DNA of 55,487 nucleotides from the NCBI GenBank assembly GCA_002269645.1, contig NIVC01002862.1:1-55487 (forward strand), given 5' to 3'. The notes under the pieces are model-generated. The model had not been told where the DNA came from, ran no database searches, and worked only from the letters and a program-made list of their open reading frames with translations. Both the position numbers and the translations under genes were made by a program. The DNA is from Macrostomum lignano. Taxonomy: Eukaryota. Below are positions 11,493 to 24,189 of this stretch, piece after piece (position 1 is the first letter of the stretch; the number at the start of each line of letters is the position of its first letter).

Positions 11493-14061
11493 CCTGATAA
11501 GCTTTTTTAGCAAAATCATAGCTACTTCAAATAAATGTATCAGTGATGCCTTGCAGTGTAAAAGAATTTAAAAAGAATCAAAATTGTTGTAGACGCACGA
11601 TTTTCTCAATCGACGGCACTGAAGCATATCGATTTGGACAAAATTAGAATTGCACACAGATTTCTTTGGGAGATGGCGAAGTTTAAATGATCAAATGGTT
11701 TCAAAATGACTGTTAGGACTGGAAGGGCTTAACAGTTTGAATTGTATCAGGTGCTTTTAAAAGCAGTTGAAGGGCTTCAAAGACTATTGGCGGTCTTGCA
11801 ACAGCGAAACATTCACTATTCCATTAAAAGTCATGGAAATTGTCTTGAAAAAATGAAACAAGAAAGTAGCAAATAGTAAATATCTCCATGGTGATTTGAC
11901 TTGAGCTCACGCAGCTGAATGCTCGCGCGATAAAAAAATGCTCGAAATTCGATACTCTCCGATTGGGGCAGGAGTGCATGCCCGCTTCGGCAGATCCCAC
12001 GAGAAAGGGGAAATGAATTCGTCTCTCCTGACTAAGGAGATTCCGAAGCTTTCGAGGGCCGGCATGGGCCTGGGGCTTAAATCCCAACCTCTTTATCAGT
12101 ACTCAACACGTCGGGCTGAACTGTCCCACATTTGATTTCTTAATTGTCATTTGCATTTTCTCCCCTTGTATTGTATACGATTCCCACTATCAGCCTCTGC
12201 CGCAAATGAGGGACACAAGACGCGTGACTGCCAGGCTTAATGCGTTGGTCACGTCGGTGTAATGAGACCCGCCAGGACGGTCAATTTGCATTCATTCTGC
12301 TATAGTAGGCGTTTACCGAAAGCGGCTTGCGTGCCCCATAGCTTTCGCTCAGGCTTCAATTTGCAGCAAAGATTTTAAGCTGTTTAAGCGAGGCGAAATA
12401 CGATACAATAGTATATTCAAAGGTCGAACCGTGTGGTGTTACACACTTTCAATTTCAAGCTATACGATTAGATTAAAACTACATGCATTAAAGGTAAATA
12501 CGAGGAAATAGATTTCATTTTATGTGAGTGACAATTATATAAATTTTATTACCCATTCAGTCTTACATTTAGCCATGAGTTGTCAAAAGTTCATATTAAA
12601 TTTTTATCATGCAACCGGCAAATATTAAATAATATTCCAAGTGACTTCTAAGGCTAAGAAATCAATCTTTCTCACATCATTTTTAGTATATGGATTTTTT
12701 CCATAGGGTGACTGCAGGTACTCAAAAGATCCAGATTTTGAGACTTGGAGGCCATCAAGGAATAGGATGCAAGGATGCTGAGAGGCATCACGAAGGCGGA
12801 AGGCAGATTGAATCAATAACTGCATTTTTCACTCTTTTACGTATACTACAAATATTCAAGTTCGAGTACAGCTATAGGAATAATATACAGTTTCCTTCAG
12901 CCTTTATGAAGAATCGCTTTGATATAGCTTCCAGTCCATGGATTTCAGAATTTCCATGAACGCTATCAGAGATTCAACCTCCCAACCTTTTTCTGGCGTC
13001 CGGATAGAAAATGAGTTTCACATCGGCACTTTTTTCAAGTTCATTCACCGATTCCTACCAGGAAAAGCTGGACTTTTTATCAATAAAAATTCTCCTAATC
13101 CCATCAACCCATACCTGTCCAACAATGCAAAAAAAGAATTTGACAATACGATTCCTAATTGCTCATGTGAATTCTATCGCCAAGTGGCAACTTTTAGCTT
13201 GTAACTAGCCAAAGGCTCTTGAGACCGGATTCCAGAACGTCATTAAGCCGCTACATCGCTCGCCTTGTTCCGGGAGAACTATGCACCTGCCAATTACGTA
13301 TGCAGAGCGCTTACATTTGGGGGTAAGCCGCATGTCAAATTCAGAGCCTTAGTGTAACACTGAGGAGAGTCGTCCACACACTGCAATAAAGTCACACATT
13401 GCCTTGAGCCTGTAATTTAGTGCCAGTCAAACTGCGGACGACACAAATTGAAAGTGGCAATATATGGTTGGCTTAATTACTCTGAAGAGGAACTAAAAAA
13501 GGCTTCTTAATTGTTCAAGTGCTCATGACGATTCAACTTTAGACTCAAGGCAAGCTACTCAGACTTAGTATAGACGGTCATCAGCATTAGGCACGCGCAT
13601 GGAGCTGAGAGTATCGCATGGAGCTAGTCAAATCCTGCTTCTATAAGAGTTGAAGAGCATATGTCACTACCACAAAGAATTCCACAAAGCCTATACGCCT
13701 AAATTTTATACCGGGAGCGGAGAATACGCAAGCTCTCAGTGAAGTTGCTTTTATCTCCGCTTTTAACTCTGTTGATAAAACTGTCCCCGAGTGACGCGCA
13801 TGGGCAGATTTGAAATTCAAAAGAAACAAAGTTACATCTATTTCGACAGAGATTTTTGCAAATAGATAAAACAAGAGGTAAAATGGTTTAGATAAGTCAG
13901 GGAGGGACCTCTACGATATGTATACAATAAATGCCATTCTCTGTGGTCAGAGACTACATTAAATAGTGTCGGGGCAAGCGAAGCGAGCCGAGGACTATTG
14001 AGCATGGCCGGACTTTTTAACCAATGAATGTTCATCGTATACTATAGCTTTCTGCAATCTA

Positions 14062-14625
14062 GTTGGCCAAAACTGCGATCAATTTGGCCAGGGATAGAAA
14101 ATCTTTCGCTTTCGCGAGTCCGCTCACCCAGCTAAACTGAGAGGAAACCCATTGACGTGTAAAAATACTGCAACCAATTTGGCCTAAACTGTGATCAAGT
14201 TCGCCCAGATCGACATACAACAATAAAATTGCATTGGCCAACTTGATCGCAGTTTTGGTCAAACTGGTTGCAGTATTTTTACACGATGTCTATGGCTTTC
14301 CTGTCCCTGGCCAAAATCATCGCAGTTTAGGCCAAACTGGTTGCAGTATTTTTACACGATGCCTATGGCTTTCCTGTCCCTGGCCAAATTTATCGCAGTT
14401 TTGGTCAAACTGGTTGCAGTATTTTTACACGATGTCTATGGCTTTCCTGTCCCTGGCCAAATTGGTCGCAGTTTAGGCCAAACTGGTTGCAGTATTTTTA
14501 CACGATGCCTATGGCTTTCCTGTCCCTGGCCAAATTTATCGCAGTTTTGGTCAAACTGGTTGCAGTATTTTTACACGATGTCTATGGCTTTCCTGTCCCT
14601 GGTCTAATTGATCGCAGTTTTGGCC
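14062..14625. repeat. Foldback structure: inverted arm (14062-14201) facing ~5.2 tandem copies of a 73-bp unit (14240-14625)
   Basis: The [A/G]TCGCAG anchor occurs at 14246, 14319, 14392, 14465, 14538 and 14611 (73-nt steps). The left arm GTGTAAAAATACTGCAACC...GTGATCAAGTT is the reverse complement of the unit. Confidence 0.85.
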
Positions 14626-15826
14626 TCTTTGCAAAAAGGTATAGTATGAAAAATCAGATTGCATATTCTTGCAGCTTTGTACCCAATTACGGTACAATGT
14701 TAGGGTGTGGGATCGAAGCTCAGCATTTTAGCCATAATTTCATTAAACTTAAATCAGATTAAAAAAGGTAACTTAAATTAAATGGAAATCCAGCTGGGAA
14801 ACGGCAGAGTGCCAATTTGGCATCTAGGGTCCAAATTCAAGATGCTTAATTTAAAGTCTACATGTATGTGTCCTGACACACGCTATGACACACATTGCTA
14901 TTGTCAGCTTCATTTGCTGCATGCAGCAAGTCAGAAGACCAGTTAAAAGAAATCGTCAATTTTATTGGAAATATATAAACTTATTCTATACTAGCCTTTT
15001 ACCAGAGCCTTCGCTTAATCAAAGTTTACTATGCATTGTTACCACTGACAAATAAGGAACTGATTGATTGTGAATCGCCACTGTTATGTAATGAGAATTT
15101 ATGCTAGGCTATTCATAAAGAGATATGAATATAGCAACTAGTTCCAATCTTAGTGACAGAACAATGAAGCTATATAATAAAGAAATTGCATACGATCGTA
15201 TGTGAGTTCATCATAGTCGCAAAAGCCTTTTTAATTTTTCTAGTACATAAATACTTGCCAAATTGTAAGCCAAACTAGATTAATTTAATCTTTGCACAAT
15301 GAATCATTCGCAAACTGCAATTAAGCGCATTATGAATACGGAGACATATTAAATTGTTTATTATTAGAACGCATAAACAGGCTGCCATAATAGACAAAAT
15401 TTACGCTAGTAAGGATACTAATAAGGATATACATAGACTTTACAAATTAGAAACGCCATAACGGGACAGAGTAAGGGGACAATTACGCATACTAGCTAGA
15501 TGACTCTGGGGAGGGAAGCTGCGCGTTAATTAATATTATCTAATCCAGGTAGAAGACTTGAGACAGCTGCGCTCGGATTCTGTTTTGCGTTACACCGATT
15601 GCACCTCGGGCATTACTGTTAAGGAATTCGGACACCAAGTTCGATCATAAAAACTGGCTAAAAAGTCCAGATCATTACTTTAATTACAAAATGCTACTTT
15701 TAAACTGAAGTTCATTATCATTTAAATACAAATACAATTTACAGTTACATATGAAGCATATTAACTAAAATATCTATTACTTATCTACGAGCATTATATC
15801 AAACCGCCGCAGTCTGAAGTAGTGGC

Positions 15827-17192
15827 GTCCCAGCAACTGGGGTGGACGGCCTAGCAACTGAGGATCTGGGAGGCTGGCCAAGCAACTGAGGATCTGGGAG
15901 ACTGATCCAGCAACTGAGGATCTTGGAAGGTGGCAAGTGGCCCAGCAGCTGAGAATCTGGGAGACTGGCCCAGCAACTGAGGATCTGGGAGGCTTGGCCC
16001 AGCAACTGAGGATCTGGGAGGCTTGGCCCAGCAACTGAGGATCTGGGAGGCTTGGCCCAGCAACTGAGGATCTGGGAGACTGGCCCAGCAACTGAGGATC
16101 TGGGTGGGAGGCTCGCCCAGCAACTGAGGATCTGGGAGACTGATCCAGCAACTGAGGATCTGTGAAGGTGGCAAGTGGCCCAGCAGCTGAGAATCTGGGA
16201 GACTGGCCCAGCAACTGAGGATCTGGGAGGCTTGGCCCAGCAACTGAGGATCTGGGAGGCTTGGCCCAGCAACTGAGGATCTGGGAGGCTGGCCCAGCAA
16301 CTGAGGATCTGGGTGGGAGGCTGGCCCAGCAACTGAGGATCTGGGAGACTGATCCAGCAACTGAGGATCTGTGAAGGTGGCAAGTAGCCCAGCAGCTGAG
16401 AATCTGGGAGACTGGCCCAGCAACTGAGGATCTGGGAGGCTTGGCCCAGCAACTGAGGATCTGGGAGGCTTGGCCCAGCAACTGAGGATCTGGGAGACTG
16501 GCCCAGCAACTGAGGATCTGGGTGGGAGGCTGGCCCAGCAACTGAGGATCTGGGAGACTGATCCAGCAACTGAGGATCTGTGAAGGTGGCAAGTGGCCCA
16601 GCAGCTGAGAATCTGGGAGACTGGCCCAGCAACTGAGGATCTGGGAGGCTTGGCCCAGCAACTGAGGATCTGGGAGGCTGGCCCAGCAACTGAGGATCTG
16701 GGTGGGAGGCTGGCCCAGCAACTGAGGATCTGGGAGACTGATCCAGCAACTGAGGATCTGTGAAGGTGGCAAGTAGCCCAGCAGCTGAGAATCTGGGAGG
16801 CTGGCCCAGCAACTGAGGATCTGGGAGGCTTGGCCCAGCAACTGAGGATCTGGGAGGCTTGGCCCAGCAACTGAGGATCTGGGAGACTGGCCCAGCAACT
16901 GAGGATCTGGGTGGGAGGCTGGCCCAGCAACTGAGGATCTGGGTGGGAGGCTGGCCCAGCAACTGAGGATCTGGGAGACTGATCCAGCAACTGAGGATCT
17001 GTGAAGGTGGCAAGTGGCCCAGCAGCTGAGGATCTGGGAGGCTGGCCAAGCAACTGAGGGTTTGAGAGGGTGGCCCAGCAACTGAGGATCTGGGAGTCTG
17101 GCCAAGCAACTGAGGGTTTGAGAGGGTGGCCAACCAACAACTAAGGATCTGTGAATGTGGCGGGTGGCCCCCAGCAACTGAGGATCTGTGAA
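15827..17192. repeat. GC-rich minisatellite, core CCCAGCAACTGAGGATCTG, units 28-36 bp, with higher-order structure
   Basis: The marker unit TGTGAAGGTGGCAAG (first copy variant) is at 15923, 16161, 16370, 16579, 16759 and 17000. Confidence 0.95.
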
Positions 17193-17472
17193 GGGTGGAA
17201 ATGGCGGAGCTCTCTGAAAATCTCCCAGAAAATAGTCTACCATTACTAGTCCATTAGGATATGGAAGTACGACAAACGAAATGAAGTATCCCAAGAGAAT
17301 ATTATGGCCAAGTCAGATCTGCAGAGAGTAAACAACATATCAGAACTTAGCGATCTGGATTCGCACTAGTTGGCAGTTAAAAAACCTTTTGAAAATAAAA
17401 CTGCTCTCACTAGACATGACAAAGGGAGACAGAGGGTTTAGAAAGAGACGCGGGGGACACACACGAGACCAA

Positions 17473-17766
17473 CTAGCTGCCGCTGTCTCCGTTACCCTGG
17501 GCAACAGAGTTATCCGCGGACAAGATTTGCGCCGCTCCGCTTTTTAAACTACAAGCCGCAGACTCGGCCTCAGTCTGACAATTTGTCGCCGTTGTCGAAC
17601 TTGATTCGCTCTGGTCGGCGTTGTCGTTTTTCGGCGGCGGCGGCGGCTTTCGCAGCAGATTGGGCACGGATTTCTCCGGAGCGGTGGCGGCCCGACCGAC
17701 TCGAAGCACCTGGCCGCCGAGGTCGAATGTTTTCATGTTCTTCATCGATTCCGTAGCCTCTTGGGC
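17473..17766 (-). CDS. PUF60: PUF60/half-pint-like, exon 3 (end of RRM2, then low-complexity tail, stop)
   Basis: ccttcAG acceptor at 17768-17767, phase 0. MKTFDLGGQVLRVGRAATAP matches the remembered PUF60 [20 protein letters not shown]. Confidence 0.8.
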   Translation of the reverse strand, partial: AQEATESMKNMKTFDLGGQVLRVGRAATAPEKSVPNLLRKPPPPPKNDNADQSESSSTTATNCQTEAESAACSLKSGAAQILSADNSVAQGNGDSGS

Positions 17767-18004
17767 CTGAAGGTTTTTTTACAAAAACTAGTTGATTTTG
17801 AAAGGCACCTTACAATGTTACTACAAGTAGACATGAAAAGAAATTAATGTTTTAATTTTGCTTATTTCGAAAAAAAAGCAAACAAAAATACGCATTTATT
17901 TATTCAGTCTCTTTGATTAGTAATTAATTTAGTATATTTAGATTTAACAAATCAATAAAAACATAATTCACCACTGATAGACCTAAAGACTCGAGTACTA
18001 TATA

Positions 18005-18180
18005 ACTGATTCACGCAATCACTATATCACTGATTCACACAATCACCAAATCACTGATTAGCACAATCACCAAATCACTGATTAGCACAATCACCATGTC
18101 ACTGATTCACACAATCACCATGTCACTGATTCACACAATCACCAAATCACTGATTCGCCCAAGAACCAAATCACTGATAC
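18005..18180. repeat. 24-bp minisatellite (TCACTGATTCACACAATCACCAAA), ~7 units, in PUF60-like intron 2
   Basis: 24-nt periodicity that abuts the GTCAGT donor at 18186-18181. Confidence 0.85.
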
Positions 18181-18186
18181 ACTGAC

Positions 18187-18714
18187 CGTCTCATACTGCA
18201 GGTAACCGAATCCCCTGTGCTTGTCGCCGTTAGCCGCCTCGGCCTCGGTAGCGGGGGCCAGCACGCACTGGAGCACGGAGCCGAAGGCCTCGAACACGAG
18301 ACGCAGATCGCCTTCGCTCAAATCCCGTCTAACATTGGCCACGTAGAGCCAATTCTGCAAATTGGACTCCTTAATCATCTCGTCAATAACCTGGGAGGCG
18401 TCGGTGACATTGTTTGGCCGGCTGACCCGGATGCTGCGCATGCCCAATGGTGCTCCGTTCATGCCAGCAATGGCCAATGCGGCCGCCTCAGGCAGTTCGT
18501 ATTCGACAAAGGCAAATCCCTTGTGCTTAGTGCGCGTAGCGTCCCAGCCCATTTCCACCGCTTTAATTGATCCGAACGGCGAGAAAGCGACACGGACGCC
18601 GTCTTCGTCGATATCGTAGCCAATGTTGCCAACGTAGATTCGGCAGAGCATTGTGATTGGCTGTCTGGGCGGCTTCGCCTGCGGCTGCTGCGGCTGCGCC
18701 TGCGGCTGTTGCAT
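18187..18714 (-). CDS. PUF60: PUF60/half-pint-like, exon 2 (RRM1 and most of RRM2); acceptor either at 18714 or 12 nt upstream at 18726
   Basis: LCRIYVGNI...KHKGFAFVEYELPEAA...RPNN...LYVANVRRDLSEGDLRLVFEAFG...KHRGFGYLQYE closely parallels PUF60 RRM1/RRM2. Phase-0 donor at 18186. Confidence 0.9.
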
Positions 18715-18801
18715 CTGCAGAGTCGCCTTGAGTTTAATAAGTAATTAGAACTGTTATAAAACAATTTCTGAGACACTTTAGTAAACAAATAGGCAGCTCT
18801 A

Positions 18802-19379
18802 TGGCAAGGGCGTCAACGAGGCGTTCAACTATCATAGCCCAAGGTCTACTCACATAGGACGGGAGACCTCGTTTCTTAGAAAACCTAAGAGGCAGCTTTT
18901 TCCGAAAAAATACATTACGGAGATTAAGAGATTTCATTTTTTCGGCACAAAAATTGTTATCACTTTCCGTTCAGAACATTAGGATTCTATATGTTATTTT
19001 TTACTCTACGTACATTCCCTGTGCGTAAAAGTAATAAAATGCGTGACACAGCTCGACTCTTTTGTTTTATAAATTTGTTTTATCATCTTCTGTTACTGTT
19101 ACACATATTGTCACACAGTCAGCTAAGAATGATAAAATAGTAATAGTTTACAGGTCACAGGAGATGTACAATTGTACTGCGTGGCTGGCGGGTGAAGCAC
19201 TTTGTTGTTGTTGTTGTTGTATCAAAAGATGAACATTGGGTCTGCCTCATATCGAAAGCAATAAACAATTTTTGTGCCAAAAAATGAAAACTCAGTAGTA
19301 TTTTTTCGGACAAAACCTGCATCCTAAAATTTTTCAAGAAACGAGGTTTCCCATCCTGCTAATTGAGTAGACCTTGCCA
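18802..19379. mobile_element. Non-autonomous TIR element (MITE, 578 bp) with TA target duplication, in PUF60-like intron 1
   Basis: TA|TGGCAAGG (18800-18809) and CCTTGCCA|TA (19372-19381). Subterminal arms GGTCTACTCACATAGGACGGGAGACCTCGTTTCTTAG and CAAGAAACGAGGTTTCCCATCC...GAGTAGACC are inverted copies. Confidence 0.7.
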
Positions 19380-19454
19380 TAGCAAAGCTGACTTATCCAG
19401 AGCAATGAACCCAAATGTAAAAAGCGTACACCAATAGAAGGCTGTAATTCGTAC

Positions 19455-19709
19455 CTGTTTAGCAATCACGGCTCGAATATTTAACTCGGTAACAAATCGT
19501 TTCGCCGAATCGAGCTTGGCCCGCTGTTCTAAACTAGTGAACGGCGGCACAAAGCAGAACGGCAGTTGCTGGGCTGCGGCGGCGGCAGCTGCGGCGGCAG
19601 CCGCAACAGAGACAACTTTGCCATAGCCGGAGCCACGGCAGATTTCCCCATTTTGTTCCCAGTTGCTACAGCTGACATCGTCGCCGCTATTGCTGCTGGC
19701 TGCCGTCAT
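19455..19709 (-). CDS. PUF60: PUF60/half-pint-like, coding exon 1 (85 aa)
   Basis: PPFTSLEQRAKLDSAKRFVTELNIRAVIAKQ resembles PUF60 [39 protein letters not shown] donor, phase 0. Confidence 0.8.
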
Positions 19710-21232
19710 TTATTTATTACAGTAAAAATTTTTGCTAGACAACCGAGTTGCTGCTAGTCTGGAGGATGGCAGAGTTTTGTTTGCAAGTGCGAATTCACGA
19801 CAGAGCCAAAAAATGTTCAAAGCTTTTTAAAGGACTTCCATATACTAAAATCGATGAGCCATATCCCAAGGAAATCATTTGGTCAAGAGTAAGCACTAAG
19901 TGGGTGCCATGTGAGTTGATCCTAGATCAAAAAAGGCAATGAGTTCAGTGTGCTATAGAAAACTTGCAAGTGTGGCAACAAGTTGATAATAAGGAATTTA
20001 AATGACTTCTTATCACCATAGATAAGACATAGCTCCTGATGTTTAACCCACTTACTAAGTAGCAGTCAATGTAGTTCCCAGAGGCTATCAGCCATACATG
20101 AAGCAAATGAAATTGGCTTAGATATGCAACATCATGTGCACACTATGGTTTGATACTTGCAGAGTTTTGATAGTTGACTATCTGCTAGAAAAGACCACTA
20201 TCAACTCTATCTATATGCAAGATCAGCTAGTTTATCTATATAAAGTCCTTTTCAGGAAGTGCTAGCCTTACTAGCCCTACTTGTTAAAACTCCTATAATA
20301 TGTGAAATGGCAAAGTACTTTAAGGTCTTTGCCATGACTATCAACTATAGCTTTTATCAACTTAGCAAAGTGCACAAAATAGGTCAATAGGTCGGGTCCC
20401 CAACCTTCTACAGGTTGCAGGCCACACTGACAATTGGCTTGGGGTCTGCAGGCTTCATGCTTCCCTAATCTTGCTTCCTAATCTAATCTTGTGCTATCAG
20501 ACTACTACCTAGTCTATTCTGTATAGAGTTATTAAATGATATGACATTCAAATACAATGATGAGATAAAAGCCTAGCTCAAAAAATACTTCAATTGTTAC
20601 TAAGGCTACTAGAGTTTAAAAAGGCACCATAATCTTATTGATCACTGATTAGGATAATGACTTTATCCTAGAAAAATACTACTAAGTGACTAGAAAAATG
20701 AATTCAAAATTAAGTATTAAAATGCTGAAAATTTGTTACAACCCAATATTATATATATACCATATTGATTTTTTTCTAAAAAAATTATTTTAGTACATAT
20801 TATACTATTTTTATAACTATGGATTTATGCTTAGGTTTGATTGTTTTAAAGGTTCATTATTGTTTTATATACTTATAAATAAATTTATATATTAAGAATA
20901 TTAAATTGAATGAATAGGCCTAGATCTATAATAAAAATAGCTCTATTGGAATTATAGCTTCTATTATCATTTTCTATAGAAACTATAATTTATATCAATG
21001 AGAAAATCAATTGGTATGCTTGCATACTTTGTTTGTATATGTGTATATGCATTGTCTATGTACAAATTTGTTTGCTTTAGACTCCCAAACTGCTCAACCA
21101 AATTACACCAAATTTTCCACCCACCTTAAACTTACTATAGAAAATTTTTAGGCTATTAAATTTTTAGAAATTTTTCCTAAATAGGGGAAAGAAGAAGAAA
21201 GGAAAGAGAAAGAGTAGAGAAAAAAGACAGAT

Positions 21233-22018
21233 GGCTCATTCCATATAAGATGGACATATTTGGAAAATAGAAAAAAGTCAATATTTTTGCTTGCCATTGC
21301 CTAATTAGCCTATTTTTTTACCAAATGTTTATATTGTACAATATATACAATCTAAGAATAAAGGAATGGTAAAATGTTGGATTAGTATGTTATCAATTGG
21401 CAAAAAGTCATTTTTGTAAAAATTTGGACATTTTTTAAAGCAAAAGACATCATTAAGATTTTGTACCTTTTAAAAACAAATAGAAAGCTTTTGAAGGTTG
21501 AAACAAACTATAGATAAAAGTATAGTACTTGCATCATCAGATAAAAGCATTGGTGACCAAATAATCTATTATATTTTTAATGTATTAGTACCTCAAAGTT
21601 ACTGAATTGACAGAAAAAAATATGTTACGACCATAATGTTACGACCATAAGGCTGCCTTTTCTTTTGTATCTTTGTTGCCTTTTGAGTTTATATATTCTA
21701 ATAAAAGAGTATGATTTCTAAAGATGTTCTTAGTCAAATTTTAAAAATGTATTGCAAAATATCAAAAATGAAAAATGTTATAAGACTTTTACCTTTTAGT
21801 TTCTATATGTCAAAAATCCTGTCGTTACGACCATAAGTGTCATTTAAGGTTTAATAGCATCTATACTAATGATGATATCTATATGAAACTCTATAAATAT
21901 ATTCTAGACAAAATAATCTTTCATTTAAAATATTGGTTTAGTATATTCTATTATTAGATTTCATTTTATAAGTAAAAATAACCTGTCATGTTACGACCAT
22001 GCTTATATGGAATGAGCC
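21233..22018. mobile_element. Non-autonomous DNA transposon (786 bp), 17-bp perfect TIRs, 4-bp AGAT target duplication
   Basis: GGCTCATTCCATATAAG (21233-21249) and CTTATATGGAATGAGCC (22002-22018), with AGAT on both sides. An internal TGTTACGACCAT motif occurs at ~21622, ~21637, ~21822 and ~21989. Confidence 0.85.
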
Positions 22019-22335
22019 AGATGGAAGATGAGAGATATGAGGAAAAGGGAGAATAGATAGGAAAGATAAAAGATAAGAAAGTAGAGATAAGAAGAAAAAA
22101 GGGAGGAGAAAGGGAGAAGAGAAGGGAAAAAGTAAATAGCAGAGAGAAGAGAAGAGAGAGAAGAAAAGAGAGAAGAATGAGGAGATATAAGAGTAAGAAT
22201 AAAGAGAAGAGATTAGAAAAAAGAAAAGACAAAGGAAAAGAGAAGAGAAAACAAAGTCTATGACAAAGAAAAAGCAAAGAACAAAAAAGAGATTAGAGAA
22301 AAGAGATGAAATAAAAAGAAGGGATAATATAAGAA
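22019..22335 (+). repeat. Purine-rich (G/A) low-complexity tract, continuous with 21184-21232 once the transposon is removed
   Basis: Nearly pure A/G composition on both sides of the insertion. Confidence 0.85.
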
Positions 22336-22649
22336 AAAATTTAGTCAGCTGTCAGTGTCAGGCTTATGCCTATTTTGATAATATTTACCTTAGTTGACAA
22401 TATCAATAGAAATCTTAAAACATTAAAGCAAAAAACAATTTAATATCATTTTATCCCATTTTTCAAATTCAACTCTAAGGCTCTATCTTAGGGCCTAATT
22501 ATTAAATTTTTGTTTGAGTATAAATCATATTGACTTCAAACTAAAAAAATTGCAAAAATAGTTTCAGGGATTAGAATTCAGTGGGTTCAAAATCTATAGG
22601 TTTTAAAAGCTTATGTCGTAGGGCTCTTAATTATTCCTTTTGCTAGCCT

Positions 22650-23320
22650 TACTAGCTGCCACCAAAGTTGTTACAGGCCTTTTGGCTCTCTATAAGAATT
22701 CCACCGTTATGTCACCAAGTTGTGCTAGGGGTTTCCCGTACAATACAAAATCCTACCGCTGTAACCAAGTTGTCACAGTGCTCTTCCCTGTACACTGAGA
22801 ATCCTAAATGCCACCCAAAGTTGTAATAAAGCTATTTCTCCTTAATAATTCTACTGGTTATTAATTGTCTTTCTACTGGTAGCGCATGTACTTCTATCGG
22901 TAGCATATGTACTTCTATTGGTAGCGTATGTACTTCTATTGTACTTTCTAGCCTGAGCGGTCTAATAGCACTGTCTATTCTATTCCTATGCTTCCCCTAA
23001 TATTATTCTCTCAGTCCTGGGCGTTCCCTGGATCAGAGGGTCACAGCTTATGCTCTTTCTCTGCCCTGAGGCGATCTTCTCTCGTTATGAGGCGGTTCTC
23101 CTGCCCTGAGGCGAATTTACAATTTACTGCCCTGAGGCGGTTTCTCGCTTGTAGCGGTTTCTGATACTCCCAATTGGGGTTCTTATACTCTAAGAAATGA
23201 TTAAGTCTTTAAGCGATTTCAATATTTAGAACGAACTAAATTTGCTTATCGAAAACCGAGAGGCAGCAAACGGTTGCTTCCTCAAGTCTGCTCAGCGTGT
23301 CTATTTATACCCAAAATTCG
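22650..23320 (-). mobile_element. Unclassified interspersed repeat 'family X', copy 1
   Basis: Degenerate ~50-bp subrepeats with CCAAGTTGT, GGTAGCG[T/C]ATGTACTTCT repeats, and CAGTCCTGGGC..AGAGGGTCAC (23012-23044), all shared with 47170-48350. TATAAATAGAC on the minus strand at ~23300-23310. Confidence 0.55.
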
Positions 23321-24189
23321 TTATAGTTTAAACAAAATAATAATTGCAGAAATATTTTTGCAAACCACAACATTCAAACAAATATTTCGCGCAGATTTAA
23401 ATAAAGGTTTTTCTAAGAAAGGCAAACATAAAACGAGTAAAATTTAAAAGTATTAGAGCTATTATTAATGCCTGTCTCACTTATATTAAAAAAAAATAAG
23501 AAAGCTAATAAAAATAGTTAAGCCTAGATAAAGCTAATAAACAATGAAAATATGTTCCTATAGGCCTAATATAATATTGTGTAGCTAAATGTCAAGGATC
23601 TAATTATCTATATACTTAAACTTAAATTTTTGCTCTAATGAATAGGGTTAACACTGATTTAAAACAAAGAGCTTACATGCACAACAGCCGTCCACCCAGT
23701 GTTCCAATTGCCTGCACAACAGCTGCATCTTAATTTGAGATTGCATTATACATGGGTAACATGGGATAAAACAAGTAATAAATTATTTAAAAAGTTCAAT
23801 AAGTAACAAAGTGCAGATTTGAGGGAAAAGGTCCAATTTGCAATTCACTATTTGCCAATCTGCTGGCTACTGTGCATGCAATTAAAACACTGGGTGGATG
23901 GCTGCTGTGTACGCAAGCTCTCTATATTTCCAATAGGGCCAAAAAATTAAGGAGTATAATTACATTTTATATTATTATCAATTTATATATTATTTATTAT
24001 TTATTATAATTTATTATATATATTATTATCAGTTTATTATTATCAATTATTATCAATTATCAATACCATTATTATAGTAGGCCTATAATAGACCTAGTGA
24101 GAAAGGGATTATTTTGAATCCCCGCCATTTTTGTTAGTGACTGCATTTTTGGTAGATATTTGTTTGAATACGTTCTTCCTCCCCCTCCC

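Noticed and set aside
12710-12810. Mariner-like C-terminal fragment VLKRSRF*DLEAIKE*DARMLRGIT
   Set aside because: Under 30 residues, two stops, no DD34D motifs or TIRs. Too weak to call without an HMM search.
15777-17294. Three long - strand ORFs (429-505 aa)
   Set aside because: Stop-free minisatellite in all three frames; no domain or codon signal.
19160-19250. Poly-Gln cassette exon for the PUF60-like gene
   Set aside because: The (CAA)n lies inside the intronic MITE and no phase-0 acceptor is available.
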